Of a stretch of 64,000 nt of DNA, positions 13,124 through 26,280 are shown one piece after another. Under the pieces are notes generated by a model. The model had not been told where the DNA came from. It saw nothing but the letters and a program-made list of their open reading frames with translations, and made no database searches. A program made the position numbers and the translations under genes. Position 1 is the first letter of the stretch. Each line of letters begins with the position of its first letter. The stretch lies in the NCBI RefSeq assembly GCF_018350175.1, contig NC_058368.1:198898001-198962000 (forward strand). The letters run 5' to 3'. The stretch comes from Felis catus. Lineage: Eukaryota.

Positions 13124-13514
13124 AAGATAATGGAGACCTGATCTTATATGGTTCACTCGGTCCACAGAGGGCTTTTTCAACCCTCTGCATATACATTTGT
13201 CTTGCGATTTAGCCTATTATCATATCACTTCCCTGGGGTTTTTTGATAGACTTTGTTAGAAGTAATTTTTTTTATTATTATTTTATTCTATGAAGTCATT
13301 TTGGGGGCCAATAAAATAGTAGCTGAGATAACTCATGCGGAGGCCAGTGTCGTCTTCTGATGTCCTTAGTGTTGGACACTCTTGGGCCTTACATAGCAGG
13401 TACTGGTTTTTATTAGCCTGAGATTATTCAGATTCAAGTCTGGTGTGGAATACATTTAATGATGTTGGATCCCTTTCAGATTGAGTCAAAAATGAGGCAA
13501 AATCTATCAGGTAT

Positions 13515-14318
13515 TGATAATGGGGTTTTGGAGTGGTGGGGGGTTCGGAGCCAACGGCCAAGAAAGAATTCTTGAAGACTTCTTTGGTGCAAAAAGTGCT
13601 TTTTATTAAAGCACAGGACAGAACCCATGGGCAGAAAGAGCTGCACTGGGGTTGTGACAGGTGGTTGATTATATACCCTCAGGTTGGGATGGGGTTAGGG
13701 ACAGCATAAGTCTCTAAGGCATTTTGGAAGCAAGGCTTCCAGGACCTTGAGGAGCTAATTGCTATTGGGAAAACGCCACGTATTACCGTTTAGTAAAACC
13801 TCAGTCAAAAGGCCCTTCAGATGTATATCAGAGGGCCATAAGCGTGGAGTATGATTGCTAGCATATATCCTGGGGGAGTTAATATAAAGGAAGCTTCGAA
13901 AGGAATTTTTATATGTTAAAGTAGACCTACAGTATCCTGGGGCGGGGAGAGGGGGGTCAGGATAATATTAAGCCAAGATTCCCTTTAGCCCCTAGCAAAG
14001 TGTCGTCATCTGAGGCAGCTGAGCCCCTAGAGGGAGGTCACTCTGTTTGTCTCAAGGACTTGTCAGTGAGATGTAGGCAGTAAGGGAATTTAATTTTTCA
14101 TTTGCCTTAGTTTCCCACATCACCATGGCAAACACTTCAACCCCTTTCCTTTGTTCTTGGGCAGCCAGGAGTGTCCATGGAACATCACACATATTCCACT
14201 TGGTGGGAGTGGGAGTGGGGGGGAAAATGCTATTAGCCTGTACTTTGCCCTCAGTTTACCCCACCCTCCCTCATCATTGAGGCTGGTTTTCTGGTATATC
14301 TTATCAACTGACCCCATA
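13515..14318 (-). mobile_element. ERV solo LTR (carnivore type, family unassigned)
   Basis: Begins TG and ends ...cccaTA (probably a mutated CA); flanked by ggtat at 13510-13514 and 14319-14323; minus-strand TATATAA (13669-13675) upstream of minus-strand AATAAA (13602-13607), as in U3-R-U5. Confidence 0.75.
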
Positions 14319-15682
14319 GGTATTTACAATGGAAGTTTGTTTGTTTTTTTTTTTTTTAATGAAAATTAAAACTGTTCAGCCATGACACTATCAATTGCAA
14401 TATTGGCTTTCTTGAGAATTTTTCTGTCTTTGAGAGTTTTTCAAGGCAATATTTTTGATGTCTTAAATTGGTAGCTCTTTTGCTGAAAAATCTGTCTTGC
14501 TGTTCCACTTTAGAAGAATATGCTTTGACACTCAGAGTAATTGTTAAATGCAAGGCGATGATGATTATTCTGCGTGGATGGTTGAGTGACAGGTTTCCTC
14601 TTCAGGCTAATTTTTCGACATGGTTAGTTAGTCTATCCTTCAGGAAGAAATGAGGTGGGACAGTGTTTTGTGCTTTCCTGGAGGGCTTTCCTTTTAGTCC
14701 AGGTCGTCTAAAAGGATGCAAATCACTTCCAAACAGTCATCCCCCTCCCTCCCTTTGTGGCCTCCTGTGTTTGTCCTAATCTCTCCCTCCCTGTCTTTTT
14801 GTTTTTGTTTTTTCCCCCTCTATTAAGGGAGAGTAAAGAGAATAGCAGTCCGCTCTCCCTTTCTCTCCCCTACCCTGGAGGGTGGGCTGAGAAATAAGGA
14901 AGAACCTTCAGTCCTGCCCTTTGGTAGGATTTCTGATGACTAAACCGGTTGGAACGTTGCTAAAACGAGTTTTGGATAGCTTCCCTACTCTCCCTGCCTG
15001 CCATCTCCACGGATTACTGAGGATTGGCTCTACTGCCAAACGAGGCTGATATTGAGCCTCGAATTTTGACCCATTTTTCATCAAGTTCGACTTAATATAA
15101 AAGTTGCAAGATTTAGTAGTAATGCAATTATTGTTCTTATAGCCAAAGTCAACTTCATACATGCTGAATTCCATCTCTTGGGCTGAAGACCAGAGCCGTT
15201 TGTGCAGAAGGTCCACGGCCCATTGAGTTGTAAGCAGTCATGCCTGCAGCCACAGGAGAGCTCAGGGCGCTCTCTTTTGACCCGAAATCCTTATCCAGCA
15301 AATGTAATACAAAGCCTTCAGGATTACTTGCTTTAGAATGCGGGACATTTCATAACTAAACAAGTCAGTAGTGAGGGAATAGTATGCCTTTTTTTTTCTT
15401 TTAACCTGCAAATCTGTGTTTGAAATGAATGAAGTGAATATTAAGAAATTTACAGTTTCCCTGGGAAGCTGATGACTGGTAAATTTAGGTTGATTGGTGG
15501 AGAAGAATGAGAGCAACCAACTTTTATAAGCTACCTGGCCTGAAGTTCATGCTGGTTCTGCCTTCTCCCAAGTGTTTGAGGCCTTAAGAGCAACTTTGTG
15601 ATCAAGTAATATAACAACGATGGTGGACAGAGAAGTATAAAAAGAACTTGAATTTCAATTGTCAGAGATCTATAGGAATTAA

Positions 15683-15685
<3 letters not shown>

Positions 15686-15731
<46 letters not shown>

Positions 15732-15734
15732 ATG
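15686..15734. repeat. (GT)n microsatellite
   Basis: Direct reading. Confidence 0.95.
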
Positions 15735-17248
15735 AAGTACCTTCCGTTCATATTTCACAAACTCTCACGCAAGTCTTATTTATAATGAAACATGAGTGCT
15801 ATTGCCAGGACCTACTAATAAAAATGATCAAATCATTTTCAGAACCCTAAAATAACTTAGGTAGAAAAATTTCTGTTTCATTCTCTTCTGTTTAAAAAAA
15901 AAAAAAAATCCCATCCCCCAGACCTCCAACCAGCCATGGTACTGAAATGACAATGTCAAAATATATAGTGACGATGCTAACGGACTACTAATTAGTGACA
16001 ACATCTTATTAATATAAGCTGTCACATTTTAATCTAGGGGAGGAAAGAAGACTAAAATATTACAAGAAGAATTCTCTGGAGCAGGTTACAAACATTTGGG
16101 GAACTGGAAAACAAAGATGAAGCACAGGGACTGGTAAAAGGTTTCAGTGTTTCTCTTGCTCACATGATGGAGCAACAGTCAAAATACACCCCTGTGATTT
16201 GTCGCATCTGGTAGAAATGCTGCAGTAGCTGACAGGGGACGATCTCTGGCTTTGGAGAAGAAAGGAGTAAACAAGACCGTGTGAAAGAGAAAACTCTGGT
16301 TAGTAATCAGAGGCCACATTCCCCAGCCCCTAAAACAAGTTCTAGCCTTTGCACCATGCCAGAAAGAGGTCAAGAGTCTGAGGGAAGTTTTGTTATGAAG
16401 GGTGTTGGTTTTGTATTTCTAAATTTTGGGAAGACATAGCCTCGTACTTGGGGTACAATGGTTTGAACCCTCAGCTCGGTTTTAATAGCCGCACGCACTC
16501 TAGTGCAGCAGTACATTAGCACCTAATTGAATGGGTTTAAAAAGACAGCCCATTTCCATATTTCACTGCACCCTTCATGTTTATGAAGGACAGACTGTCT
16601 TTTCCTTAGATACCTTTTCTCACCATTTCTGTTTTAGAAGGTACGCTTCCCTCCTTATTCTTACCCAGAGTGTTTTAAAATTTTGCGTGTTTGCCCACAG
16701 GTCTTGTGGCATTTAAACAAGGTTTTCAACACGAAAAAAAAAATCCATTGCTGAGCTCTGGAAGTTCTTTAGGTCCTCTGACACATAAGGCAACATCAGC
16801 TACCGGACAACCAGATATAGCTGGTTTTGGAGACCGCAGAAGGAAAGCAGGAGCCAGTCTGGGCTTTTCTGTGACTCCCTGGGGTACTGAAAGCTAGGTC
16901 TCCTGCAGAATTGAACCCTCTCTTTCCAGAGCATGACAGTGTTTCCACATAGCCCACATTTCCCCTTTCAAATTGGTGAGGGCAGACAAGACACCCAACA
17001 CCAAGCTGCTTGTGCTTTGAAGAAATACGCTCACAGAGGACTCCGGCTCACGTTATGTTCTTTTAGCTCATACACGTTTCTCAGAAGGGAGATCTACAAA
17101 GAAAGCCCAGTATCTTGTTTCTACACTCACAAAATTGTCTGATTTCTTTTTCATAGATCTAAAAATGAAACGTTAAAAAAAAAAATTGAGTGTACCACAT
17201 GTAGGTGAGAAACTAGTTGGGTTATTCCTGTATTTAAAAAGTAAAACT

Positions 17249-17374
17249 GGGGGACCTGGGTGGCTCAGTCGGTTAAGCCTCCGACTCCTGATTTCAGCTC
17301 AGGTCATGATCTCACATTTCGTGGGATGGAGCCCCGCATCAGGCTCTGTGGTGATGGCATAGAGCTTGCTTGGG

Positions 17375-17424
<50 letters not shown>

Positions 17425-17535
17425 CCTCCCTCTCTCTCTGTCTCCCTCCCTCTCTGTGTCTGACCCTCCACTGCTCATGTGCATGCACACACACACGCTC
17501 ACTCTCTCAAAAATAAACTTAAAAAAAATAAAAAT
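17249..17535 (+). mobile_element. CAN-SINE with expanded (CT)n
   Basis: Head gggggacctgggtggctcagtcgg; TSD aaaaagtaaaact at 17236-17248 and 17536-17548. Confidence 0.96.
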
Positions 17536-18949
17536 AAAAAGTAAAACTTGCTAATCTACCAAAAAATAGCTTTACCTTTTTTTTTCCTTTAAGATTTAAA
17601 GGTGAAAAATTCTTCCTCTGAGGTCAGGATCAATTGTCATTTTAGAAGATATGAAAATCTACAATGAAGTAGAAAACTTATTGAAAGACCATTTGAATAA
17701 GATGAATGTATTCCAATCTAGAAGTCTTGTTACATACATTCCAGGGTAGTAAAGAAAGTGGCCAAGTTTATTGAAACACCTTGGTTATCTGGTTTGAAAA
17801 CTACAGTATGTAGTATGTAAGATTAGACCAGAGCCCAAAATGAACCAATATTTTAAAAAGGAGAATTGTGACGTACAGACCACAGACCTGAAAAGTTGAG
17901 CTTCTCTACCTGAAAAAAAAAAAAAAACAATTTTTAAGAAATCAGCCTTAAAACACTCCGAACAAAAGAAATCAAGCAAAGCAAAAAACAGCCCTAATTA
18001 TAAATCTGATTGTCAGAAGGTAATGTTTCATTTCATTTAACTTTCAAATGGGCAATTCACTCACCTGGTTCACAATTTAATAGGCACAAAAGGCACAAAA
18101 GGGCAGACCTTTTGTGAGAACCCGTCTGCTCCCCACCTCATAGACAGCAACAACAGTCTCCTTTTAAAGAAGTTTAGGCGACAAAATGATTTCACTTTCT
18201 GAAATCAATAAATGTTATTCATTTTGCCTGAACAAGCCTTTTTGATTCAGTTATGCACAAAATATTAATTAAAATTGGAACAGTGTGTTCTCGGTCTCTG
18301 TTTTTCAAGCTGTTGGTTGCAGCGTGATTAGGGAGACATGTAAAGACTTTTGTGGTTTTGTGTTTATTATTATTTTTTTAATCAAAATGTGTTGTGGTAA
18401 GAGAGCAGGTTCTGTAATTTTTTTTCTTGTCCATATATATTCACTCACACGTGTACATGTGTATTGAGTCTCAAGTATCAAAAATACAGTGAATCACGGT
18501 CAAAGTTTGAAATTCGTGGCTTTACTTTTACTGCCAGTTATTTCTGAAGTGGATCTTAAGTCACTTTTGAGTGCAAAACTATATAAAGGTTCATATCCAG
18601 CCAGGAGCATATGTGTGATATGTCACCTCCGTGATAGCCCAGAAACGATTGTGGCCACAATTATGAAAGAGCCTGGGCCCTAAGACTATTGAAGGCACCA
18701 ACCAGGCTTCTGGATTCATTAGCCTCTGAGGGCTTATCTGTACTTGGGGGAAGTGCTCTAAAACAACCAATGAAATATTCTTAAAAGTGGTAAGACAAAA
18801 CACAAGGAAGGTCCATTCTATATTCTACCCTGGGAAGTATTGGAAAGAAGACCGTCTGGGCTCATACTGTACCCTGAGAACAACTGAGTTCTCTGAGTCT
18901 TTGGAAACTAAAGAAGATGACAAAAGGACAACTAGTGTTGGCTAGCCAA

Positions 18950-19272
18950 ATGCCTGATTGGTATCTTGTCTTCTGCCATTCCCTACCTGTGTGGCACTTA
19001 GCCTCCATGAGCCGCAGTTCCCGTATCTGTTTTTAAAATAGTCCTACAATAGTGGTGCCCGGCTGGCTCAGTCGGTAGAGTATCCGACTCTTGATCTTGG
19101 GGTTGTGAGTTCAGGCCCCACATTGGGTATAGAAATTACTTAATAAATACAACAATCTGACATTAGAAATAAAAACTGGAAAGAAAGCACTAGTTTCTCA
19201 GGGTCATTGTGAAGGTTAGCTTACAGAAGACCTTGCAGTCTGACCACCACGTTGTAGGCCTTCAATAAATGG
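18950..19272 (+). mobile_element. MIR interrupted by a short CAN-SINE
   Basis: tctgccatt...cttagcctccatgagccgcagttcccgtatctgt before the SINE; ctcagggtcattgtgaaggtta...tcaataaat after it. Confidence 0.6.
19052..19150 (+). mobile_element. Short CAN-SINE
   Basis: ggctggctcagtcggtagagtatccgactcttgatcttggggttgtgagttcaggccccacattgggtatagaaattactt. Confidence 0.9.
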
Positions 19273-19463
19273 GAATTTCTTTCCCCCTATATATGAACTC
19301 ATTGAAGCAAGCTTCTGGTATAACCATCCTGTGTGTGCGCGCACACACACACAGAGATACACGCATACCCACCCACATACAGAATTATCTTAACCACCCA
19401 GCAACATTGATTGAATGTTATTTAAATAAATACTACTAAACTCTTCAAAATAGTTTATCAATA

Positions 19464-19520
19464 GGGGTGCCTGTCTGGCTCATAGAGCCCCATGTTGGGT
19501 ATAGAGATTACTTCAATAAA
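19464..19520 (+). mobile_element. Internally deleted short CAN-SINE
   Basis: ggggtgcctgtctggctca joined almost directly to gagccccatgttgggtatagagattactt. Confidence 0.75.
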
Positions 19521-19554
19521 ACTATTAATAAGTACAAGTGACTGCATCAGAGAT

Positions 19555-19730
19555 GCAGTGATACACAAGTGGTTAAGAGCGTGGGCCTTGACGCTCTGCT
19601 CCCCAGGACATGGGGCAAGTCCCTCAACCTCACGAGTCCTCGTTTCTTCATCTCTAAGACCGTGATAGTGAAAGAAGTACCTCCGTGTGTTCTTCTGTGT
19701 GTGAGTTTGAAAGGAATGATCTGTGTTATA
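19555..19730 (+). mobile_element. MIR fragment
   Basis: gtggttaagagc...gggcaagtccctcaacctc...gtttcttcatctctaa...gaagtacct. Confidence 0.7.
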
Positions 19731-22419
19731 ATATATACAGAGTCATTTCAGATCACTTAAGAATGCCAACAAGATGGCAAGGAAGAGTGGTCAGTTGGTT
19801 ACCAAAGGATGGTTTTCCACAAAAGTGCGAAAGTGAGGCTTTTGGGGTAAGAGTTTGAAGTGGGGCTAAAGAGAGACTGGTGGAAAAGGAGAGCTTTTTA
19901 TTCAGGCTCGTGTTCTACTGTTCACAGATTCATTTTTTGATATTCCCCCTTTTCATTTTTAGCTCCAGAAGTCCGTATGTTTCTTGTGTTTAAAGTTACT
20001 GACTGATGCCCTTCAGTTTGACAGTTTTTTATATTTGCTTTTGGTTCCTGCTTTTTAATGAAATATTTTCATTAGCTCTTTTTTTTTTTTTTTTTTTTTT
20101 TAAGAGGAGGAGGCACAGTGAAAAGGTTCCTGAACTCTGAGGTTTTAGTTCCAGGCCAAAGGCAGGATGTGTGTTCTGACCAACACCCCAGTCTCCTTGG
20201 AATAGAACACAAACCTCACAGGTGAATTCCTTGGCAGCTTAAAACCTGTTTCCCTAGCTTAGGCATTGTTTGGGGGAAAACGGTTTGATTTTGAAGGGAA
20301 TTTTCAAAAATCTCGGGCAAGACTTTCAGCATGATCATGGATCTTTGTCATATGCATATGCTTTTTATAGCTCCTGTGTCTAAAAATGCACACTACTGAG
20401 AAATGGCTGGCTCATAAATGTAACCAGTTTAAGGATGTAGGGGGTTTGGGGGGGGCATGTAGGTAGCTATGGCTTTCCCATCGCATGGGTGGTTCTTGCT
20501 AGAATTTGAAGCAGGAATCTACTGCTTCTTTCACAGTTATATCTAGTTACAAAATTATTCCATTCTCACAGTCACCTTTAGGTAAGTTTTCAGTTGTGAA
20601 TACCCTCCCTGCCAGCCCTTTGGTAACTTTGTATTTGTAACTTCCAAAATAGGCATGTTCAGTAACTGTGTTCTGAGTTACTCTGGAAGCCCATTTGCCC
20701 ATTCAGAATATGTTTTAAAACCCATGCCCTCTGTCAAATGCTTCAGGTACAAACCCAGAGCACTGGCAGACCTAGTGCATTTCAAAAGCCACTATCCATT
20801 GACTACTCAGTGGCAATCCATTTTCCTCAGTTTACATTGAACCCAGAAAATGACTATCAAGGCCTGATTTAAAGCCAATCCTGGGGCTTTCTTACGAAGC
20901 AACATCCGGTCAGTAGAAACTGACAAAGACACCCAGAATCGTTAGTAATGAGCATAGTTAGAATTGAAGAAACCTAGATTCCAGGACAGCAAGTAGAGAC
21001 CTGGGACGCGCTGCTTGTCAACTTTGTTGAAGAAATTTGCAAATATATGCATCTGTTAGCGATCAATGTCCTGACTTAATAGGCAAGTTTAAAATTACTG
21101 ATTACACTGATGTGCTTCTGATTTCTTTTTGCAAAACAGATGAGTAGTTTTTATTCCAAAATTTGTTCCAAATCCTATTTTTTGGCAGTGTGCTACGTTT
21201 AGTCACAGTGTGAATAAAGTATGCGCCCCATGTCTTGATTACTCTGCCTAAAATATCTCAGCGCAGTATACATTTAGTCCTTTTTTGATTATTACAACTA
21301 ACCTTAAACACCAACAACTTCTTTTAGCTAATGCAAATGTTGTACGTGACACTCTTATCATGCTTGCGACACCTTCCAAACTACAGTCCGTCTTGTCAAT
21401 TCTCCATTGCTCTGCATATCAAATACCCATGCTGTTCCTCTTCCTAGCTCACTTCCTCTGTCCCTCAATATTGCCTTTCGGTTTTATGTCCCTCCATTAG
21501 TACTTGGAGGACAACCGATGTCTCCCCTACCTCTTTGGATAAAGGACATCATTATTAAATTGGCTTTCGCTTTATTCCATGTGTGTCCTGGATCTCCCTC
21601 CCCTCTTAGTAGCCAAGGACACATTTCTGAGCTCTTTACCTCTACGCTTGCCAAGACGGGAAAAAGAAAACTGTCGAACCCGGAGTCTTATGAGATACTT
21701 AACCAATTTAATCCGTATTTTTCACGTAAGTGACTTTTTATCATCCACTGACTCCAACCATGGACACTGTGGAGTATACGGAGAGTTGTTTACCCCTTGC
21801 GGCATTTATCTTGGGCATAGTTATCTGTAATGAACTTGAAACATGGGATATAAATCATATTCTCATAAAGAGCTTTAACTGGGCCAGCGTGAGAATCTAG
21901 CAGTACTACTAGGTGTAACGATGCCGGGAATCTGAGATGGAAACTTGACCTCTGTTATTTGCCCCTGGACCGCCAGAGGCTGGTGGTTACATTTGCTTTG
22001 TCTGAGAGATAAGCATTTGGGGATGTTCCCTCAGCCATTTGTTGATTCAAATTAAGCATTGCATGAAGCAGCATTCAACCCTTAGGAAAAGTCAGTTGCC
22101 ATGTTTTGGAATCTTAGATGCTGGAACAGTAAACTTTCAAAAATGCTTTGATGCTCAGATTTAACAAAAAGTTAAAAGGAAATAAAGCCCTTAAAAACAA
22201 ACCTAATACCCTGCCACTTATCATTGTTTTATTAACACAAAGTGTTTTTTTCTTGCAAGCAAATAGGGAAGAAGTCATTCTTTTTGTAGCCCTCCATAGA
22301 AAGAGGAGGTTGCTGTTTTATAGTGTTCTGGAAACCAGATTTTATAATTTAGAAAAGATGCAGTTGTGCTCATCATGGAAAACTTAAGAATTATCTCATT
22401 GGAGTGGTGTATTGACTTC

Positions 22420-22540
22420 GCAAATACTTGCCAACTTCCTTCTGTGTCCTCAGCACTGTGTTAGGCACTTGGATAGGAGCAGTTTGTAATAGAGATGAAA
22501 AAGATAGTGACTCTCCCCTCAGAGGTGCATATAATCTATT
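22420..22540 (-). mobile_element. L2 3' end fragment
   Basis: caaatactt...cagcactgtgttaggcacttggata...ctcccctcagag. Confidence 0.55.
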
Positions 22541-22849
22541 AAGGTCCAAATACAAGGAAATGAGTAATGCGGAAGCTGCAGTAGTGAGGAGAGAACCCAA
22601 ACACACAAAACCCATTGGTGGCGGGAGCAGGGGAGGGTTACAGGTAGGGCTGCCCACACCGTTTGCCAGGGGAAATGAAAATCTTTATTCAAAAAGCAAG
22701 CCAAAAGGTGACAATAAGGCACTAAAATGCAAAGGTTTTTTTCTTTCTTCTACGTGTCTCCTCTGCTCATGCACATGTTCCCTTGTCCCATGAGACCACT
22801 TACAGAACTCAAGTTCAGAGATGAAATTATTAAAAGTTTCAGGATAATG

Positions 22850-22955
22850 CCATAGGGCATTAAACTAAGCACAGAGCTCTTCTGAACCTGAGCCCCTGTC
22901 AAAAGTAGGGCCCTGGACAACTGCACAGGTCATACAGCCACAAGGCAAACCCTGG
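22850..22955 (-). mobile_element. MER45-like hAT fragment
   Basis: gcattaaactaagcacagag...caactgcacaggtcatacagcc...ccctg is similar to the element at 10889-11060. Confidence 0.55.
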
Positions 22956-23502
22956 ATATAGGTGTGATTACTGTGAGATCTAGTGTGTCAGCACTAAATC
23001 CGTTTTCAAGGAAGGGTTTATAGGGAGCAATCTGAATGAGTTTGTACAAATCAAGATGGATATGTTTTGGCAAGTGTGTGCTCTGAGGGGTTTTGTTGTT
23101 AGAATGGGGCAGGGGAGGAATTGTTTCCTATATGGAAGGAGAGAGAATAGGCTGCAGAAGACATACACAGAAATACAGTGATCAGAGTGTGTAGTCTGGA
23201 GGGAGGCCTGGCTCATTTGCTAAACGTTAGCTGCAGAAACGCCATCCAGAACCTTGGCTCACAGAAATAGAGGCAGCCATTCTTAGGAGGCTTTTTTTTT
23301 TTTTTTAATGGCTTGATTTATTTCAAAAAATATGTTAAATGTGTCCTCTGCATTTGCTTTAGAGAAGCACTAAGGAGGGGTAAGAAATGACCAGTCTGCC
23401 CCCAGCTTGGTCTCTCCCAAGTGGGGTGTAGGTCAGAGCAGGGTCCTAAGTCCCGGTACAGCATCCGGCCTGTGATCCAGTGTGGACCAAGGAGGGAGCG
23501 GA

Positions 23503-23657
23503 ACTGGTTTTATGTCCCCGCTATCCCACTCATTGGCTGGATGATCCAGTGGATGTTAGTTAACCTCTCTGGGTCTCTTTCCCTTTCTTTGTATAATGAG
23601 AATGATCATTGCACTTGCCTCCTAGAATTAGGATTAAATGAATCAGTACATGTAAAA
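23503..23657 (+). mobile_element. MIR fragment
   Basis: gttaacctctctgggtctc...tgtataatgag...ggattaaatgaatcagtacatgtaaaa. Confidence 0.7.
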
Positions 23658-24459
23658 TGAGTTCCTACATACAGTGTAGATGTGTACATCTATATAAAGA
23701 CACATACATGTGTGTGAACATTTATTGCAGATTCTGGAAACATGACTGTTCATTCTGCTTACTGCTACTTCTGCTTTTAGGCTGCTTTCCCGCCAGTACT
23801 TGAGAGAAGCAATCTTGGTCTCTAAACAAACTCCTGCCTCTGGGCAACTCGTAGCCCATGACCTTGAGTCGTTCGTGTGAGAAGCAGCTCACTCTATCAC
23901 CACTCACCGCCACTTGAGACTTGGGTTCAGGGCACACATTTGAGACCTTTTCTGCCTGAGGTGTGTTCATGTTTACTGTATGTCTTCCTCCATCAGCGGT
24001 TCCATTGTCCTCTCCCTCTGCCTCGGTTTCAACTGTCCATCACAACTTGACTGGTGATCCCTAATGCGTCCACCCGGAAGCCACTGGTGCAGGCAGGCCC
24101 AGCATGCGTTTCATTGATCTAGGTTGGAGTCACCACCACCTCCACATGGAGCTGTGACTGGAGGAGAGTCACTCACAAGATAGGAAAGAGTTGGTGTCTT
24201 CATTTTTTGTTGGGGATAGACGGAGAGGAGACTTGTGACAGGCTCATTTCTTGGCCCATAGGCCTGCTCCAGCCCCCTCCAGACGCGAAAGGAAGGAAAA
24301 ACAAAGGCATGTTGGAGTCTGTATTCCGTCCACTGTGTAGCTCCTTGTTCCCATAAGTGCCAGTTTCCTCAAAGGAGACCCTCACAGTCGGGCACCGTGT
24401 GGGTCCGAGGTGATGCTGTCCTCTCAGAGGTCTTGATTCGCTGACAGCCACATCGTACG

Positions 24460-25040
24460 GCCACTTTCCTTTCTCTGCTCTGCTCGACTGCTCTACTCCC
24501 ATTTACCGAGTACTTGGTTCACAGTGCTGCTGCTTCGTTCAAAGCACACTGCACACTCCTGCTTCTTTTCCTAATCCTTTTCACTGTCGTTGCTTAGTTT
24601 TCTGTGCCTCTCAACCCCGTGAATGTAGACACGTGTCAGGTTTTGGCCCTGCCGCCTGTGCTTTATTCTCTGCGTTTCCCTGGGAGTTTGTTCTACTTCA
24701 TGACCCCACCCATAAGGACATCTTCGTGGCGATGGCACTGACTCTCTTCCGACTCTGCGTGCAGATGCTCACGCGAGTGGTCCAATGACCCTTCGGTCCC
24801 ATCATGCCCTTAATATCACCATGTTAAATATTCCAGTATTCCAATCGGAGTTCAGTTCTTCCTTCTACTCCATGCCAGCTGTTTCTAATGAAAATCCTCT
24901 CCTGGTAGGTGTTCCCTTACTCTTAGGCACCAAACCTATTACCCAAGTCTACCTCCCCTTTCAGAGCATTTGCAGGCATGATGCCCTTTCATTTCGGGGC
25001 CGTGGCATCTAGTACAGTGCCTGGAACACTGGCAACTCAA
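24460..25040 (+). mobile_element. Degraded L2 fragment
   Basis: Pyrimidine-rich L2-like body ending in catctagtacagtgcctggaacactgg; boundaries approximate. Confidence 0.5.
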
Positions 25041-25664
25041 AAAAAGAGTGCTCATGGTCTCAGCTGCTTACTATTGAGCAACTTCTCTCTTACTTCCCAG
25101 TCAGTTCTCCAGCTTAGTTGACTCGTAAGTCAAAGAATTTCATGCCTCATCTCGTACGCCAATATGCCATTCTGTTCTTGGCATCTCTCACCTGTCCTCT
25201 GTTTGTACCAGAGCCGCCCCTCCTAAGACAGAAGGCCTTCCCATGCAGGGCTGTGTGCCCCACATCTTTCCGTAAGCCAAGTGCTGGGCCACAGTGCCTT
25301 GTACACAGTAGCCACTTAAAGGTGTGTTCAACTTAACTGGAGCAGAGCAAAGAAGGAAGGAAAGAGATGTGAGGGGGTGACAGATTGAAAGGAGGATTAG
25401 AAAGATTAAAGGAGAGAAAGTAAAGGGCTGAGGCCCGCCAGTCTGTCTGTAAACATTCCATTAGTCTTGGTGTTAGATTGAATGAAAGCTGGTATTTTTT
25501 TGCCCGTGTTTCTGAACACTTTTTCCCTCCCTCTGGAAAAGAAAGATACGTTATTCAAGAGATGGGAACATAAGGAGAAAGTGGCTCAATCCCCCACTCG
25601 CAAATATCTTGTGAAGTCTTACTTACGGAACAGAATTTTGAAGACAGAAAATGCCTTAGTGGAG

Positions 25665-25765
25665 CAGAGTTCTCATTCTACAGATAAGGAAACTGAGGCA
25701 TGGAGAGGTTAAGTGGCTTAGCAGCTAGCTAATGGGAAAAGCAGCAGTAAAACATGAGACTCTTT
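25665..25765 (-). mobile_element. MIR core
   Basis: ctcattctacagataaggaaactgaggcatggagaggttaagtggctt. Confidence 0.8.
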
Positions 25766-26067
25766 ATTCTTCCAGCCTATCCATTAATAAATCACATTTT
25801 CTCTTTTCTAGGTAGCCCAGGCCAGTTTTTAAAGTGAAAGATTAGAATTACTAAGGGATTAGGTATGTAGAGAGCCTTATTAGTCACAAAGTTTTGTAAC
25901 GTTCACATCATACTTTCTTTAAAGAGGATTCAGCATGTTGAAGAGGATTCACTGTGTTTGGAAATAGATTGGTGGTTTTCTATTTCTGTTTTTAAGCGGA
26001 AATTTATTTCCACACCACCATTCTTATTTTTCTTTCCTTTTTTTTTTTTTTTAAATCGTACTACACA

Positions 26068-26280
26068 GGGGTGCCTGGGTGGCGCAGTCGGTTAAGCGTC
26101 CGACTTCAGCCAGGTCACGATCTCACGGTCCGTGAGTTCGAGCCCCGCGTCAGGCTCTGGGCTGATGGCTCAGAGCCTGGAGCCTGTTTCTGATTCTGTG
26201 TCTCCCTCTCTCTCTGCCCCTCCCCCGTTCATGCTGTCTCTCTCTGTCCCAAAAATAAATAAACGTTGAAAAAAAAAAAA
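26068..26280 (+). mobile_element. Young CAN-SINE (SINEC_Fc)
   Basis: Near-identical to the copy at 12908; 16-bp TSD taaatcgtactacaca at 26052-26067 and 26281-26296. Confidence 0.98.
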
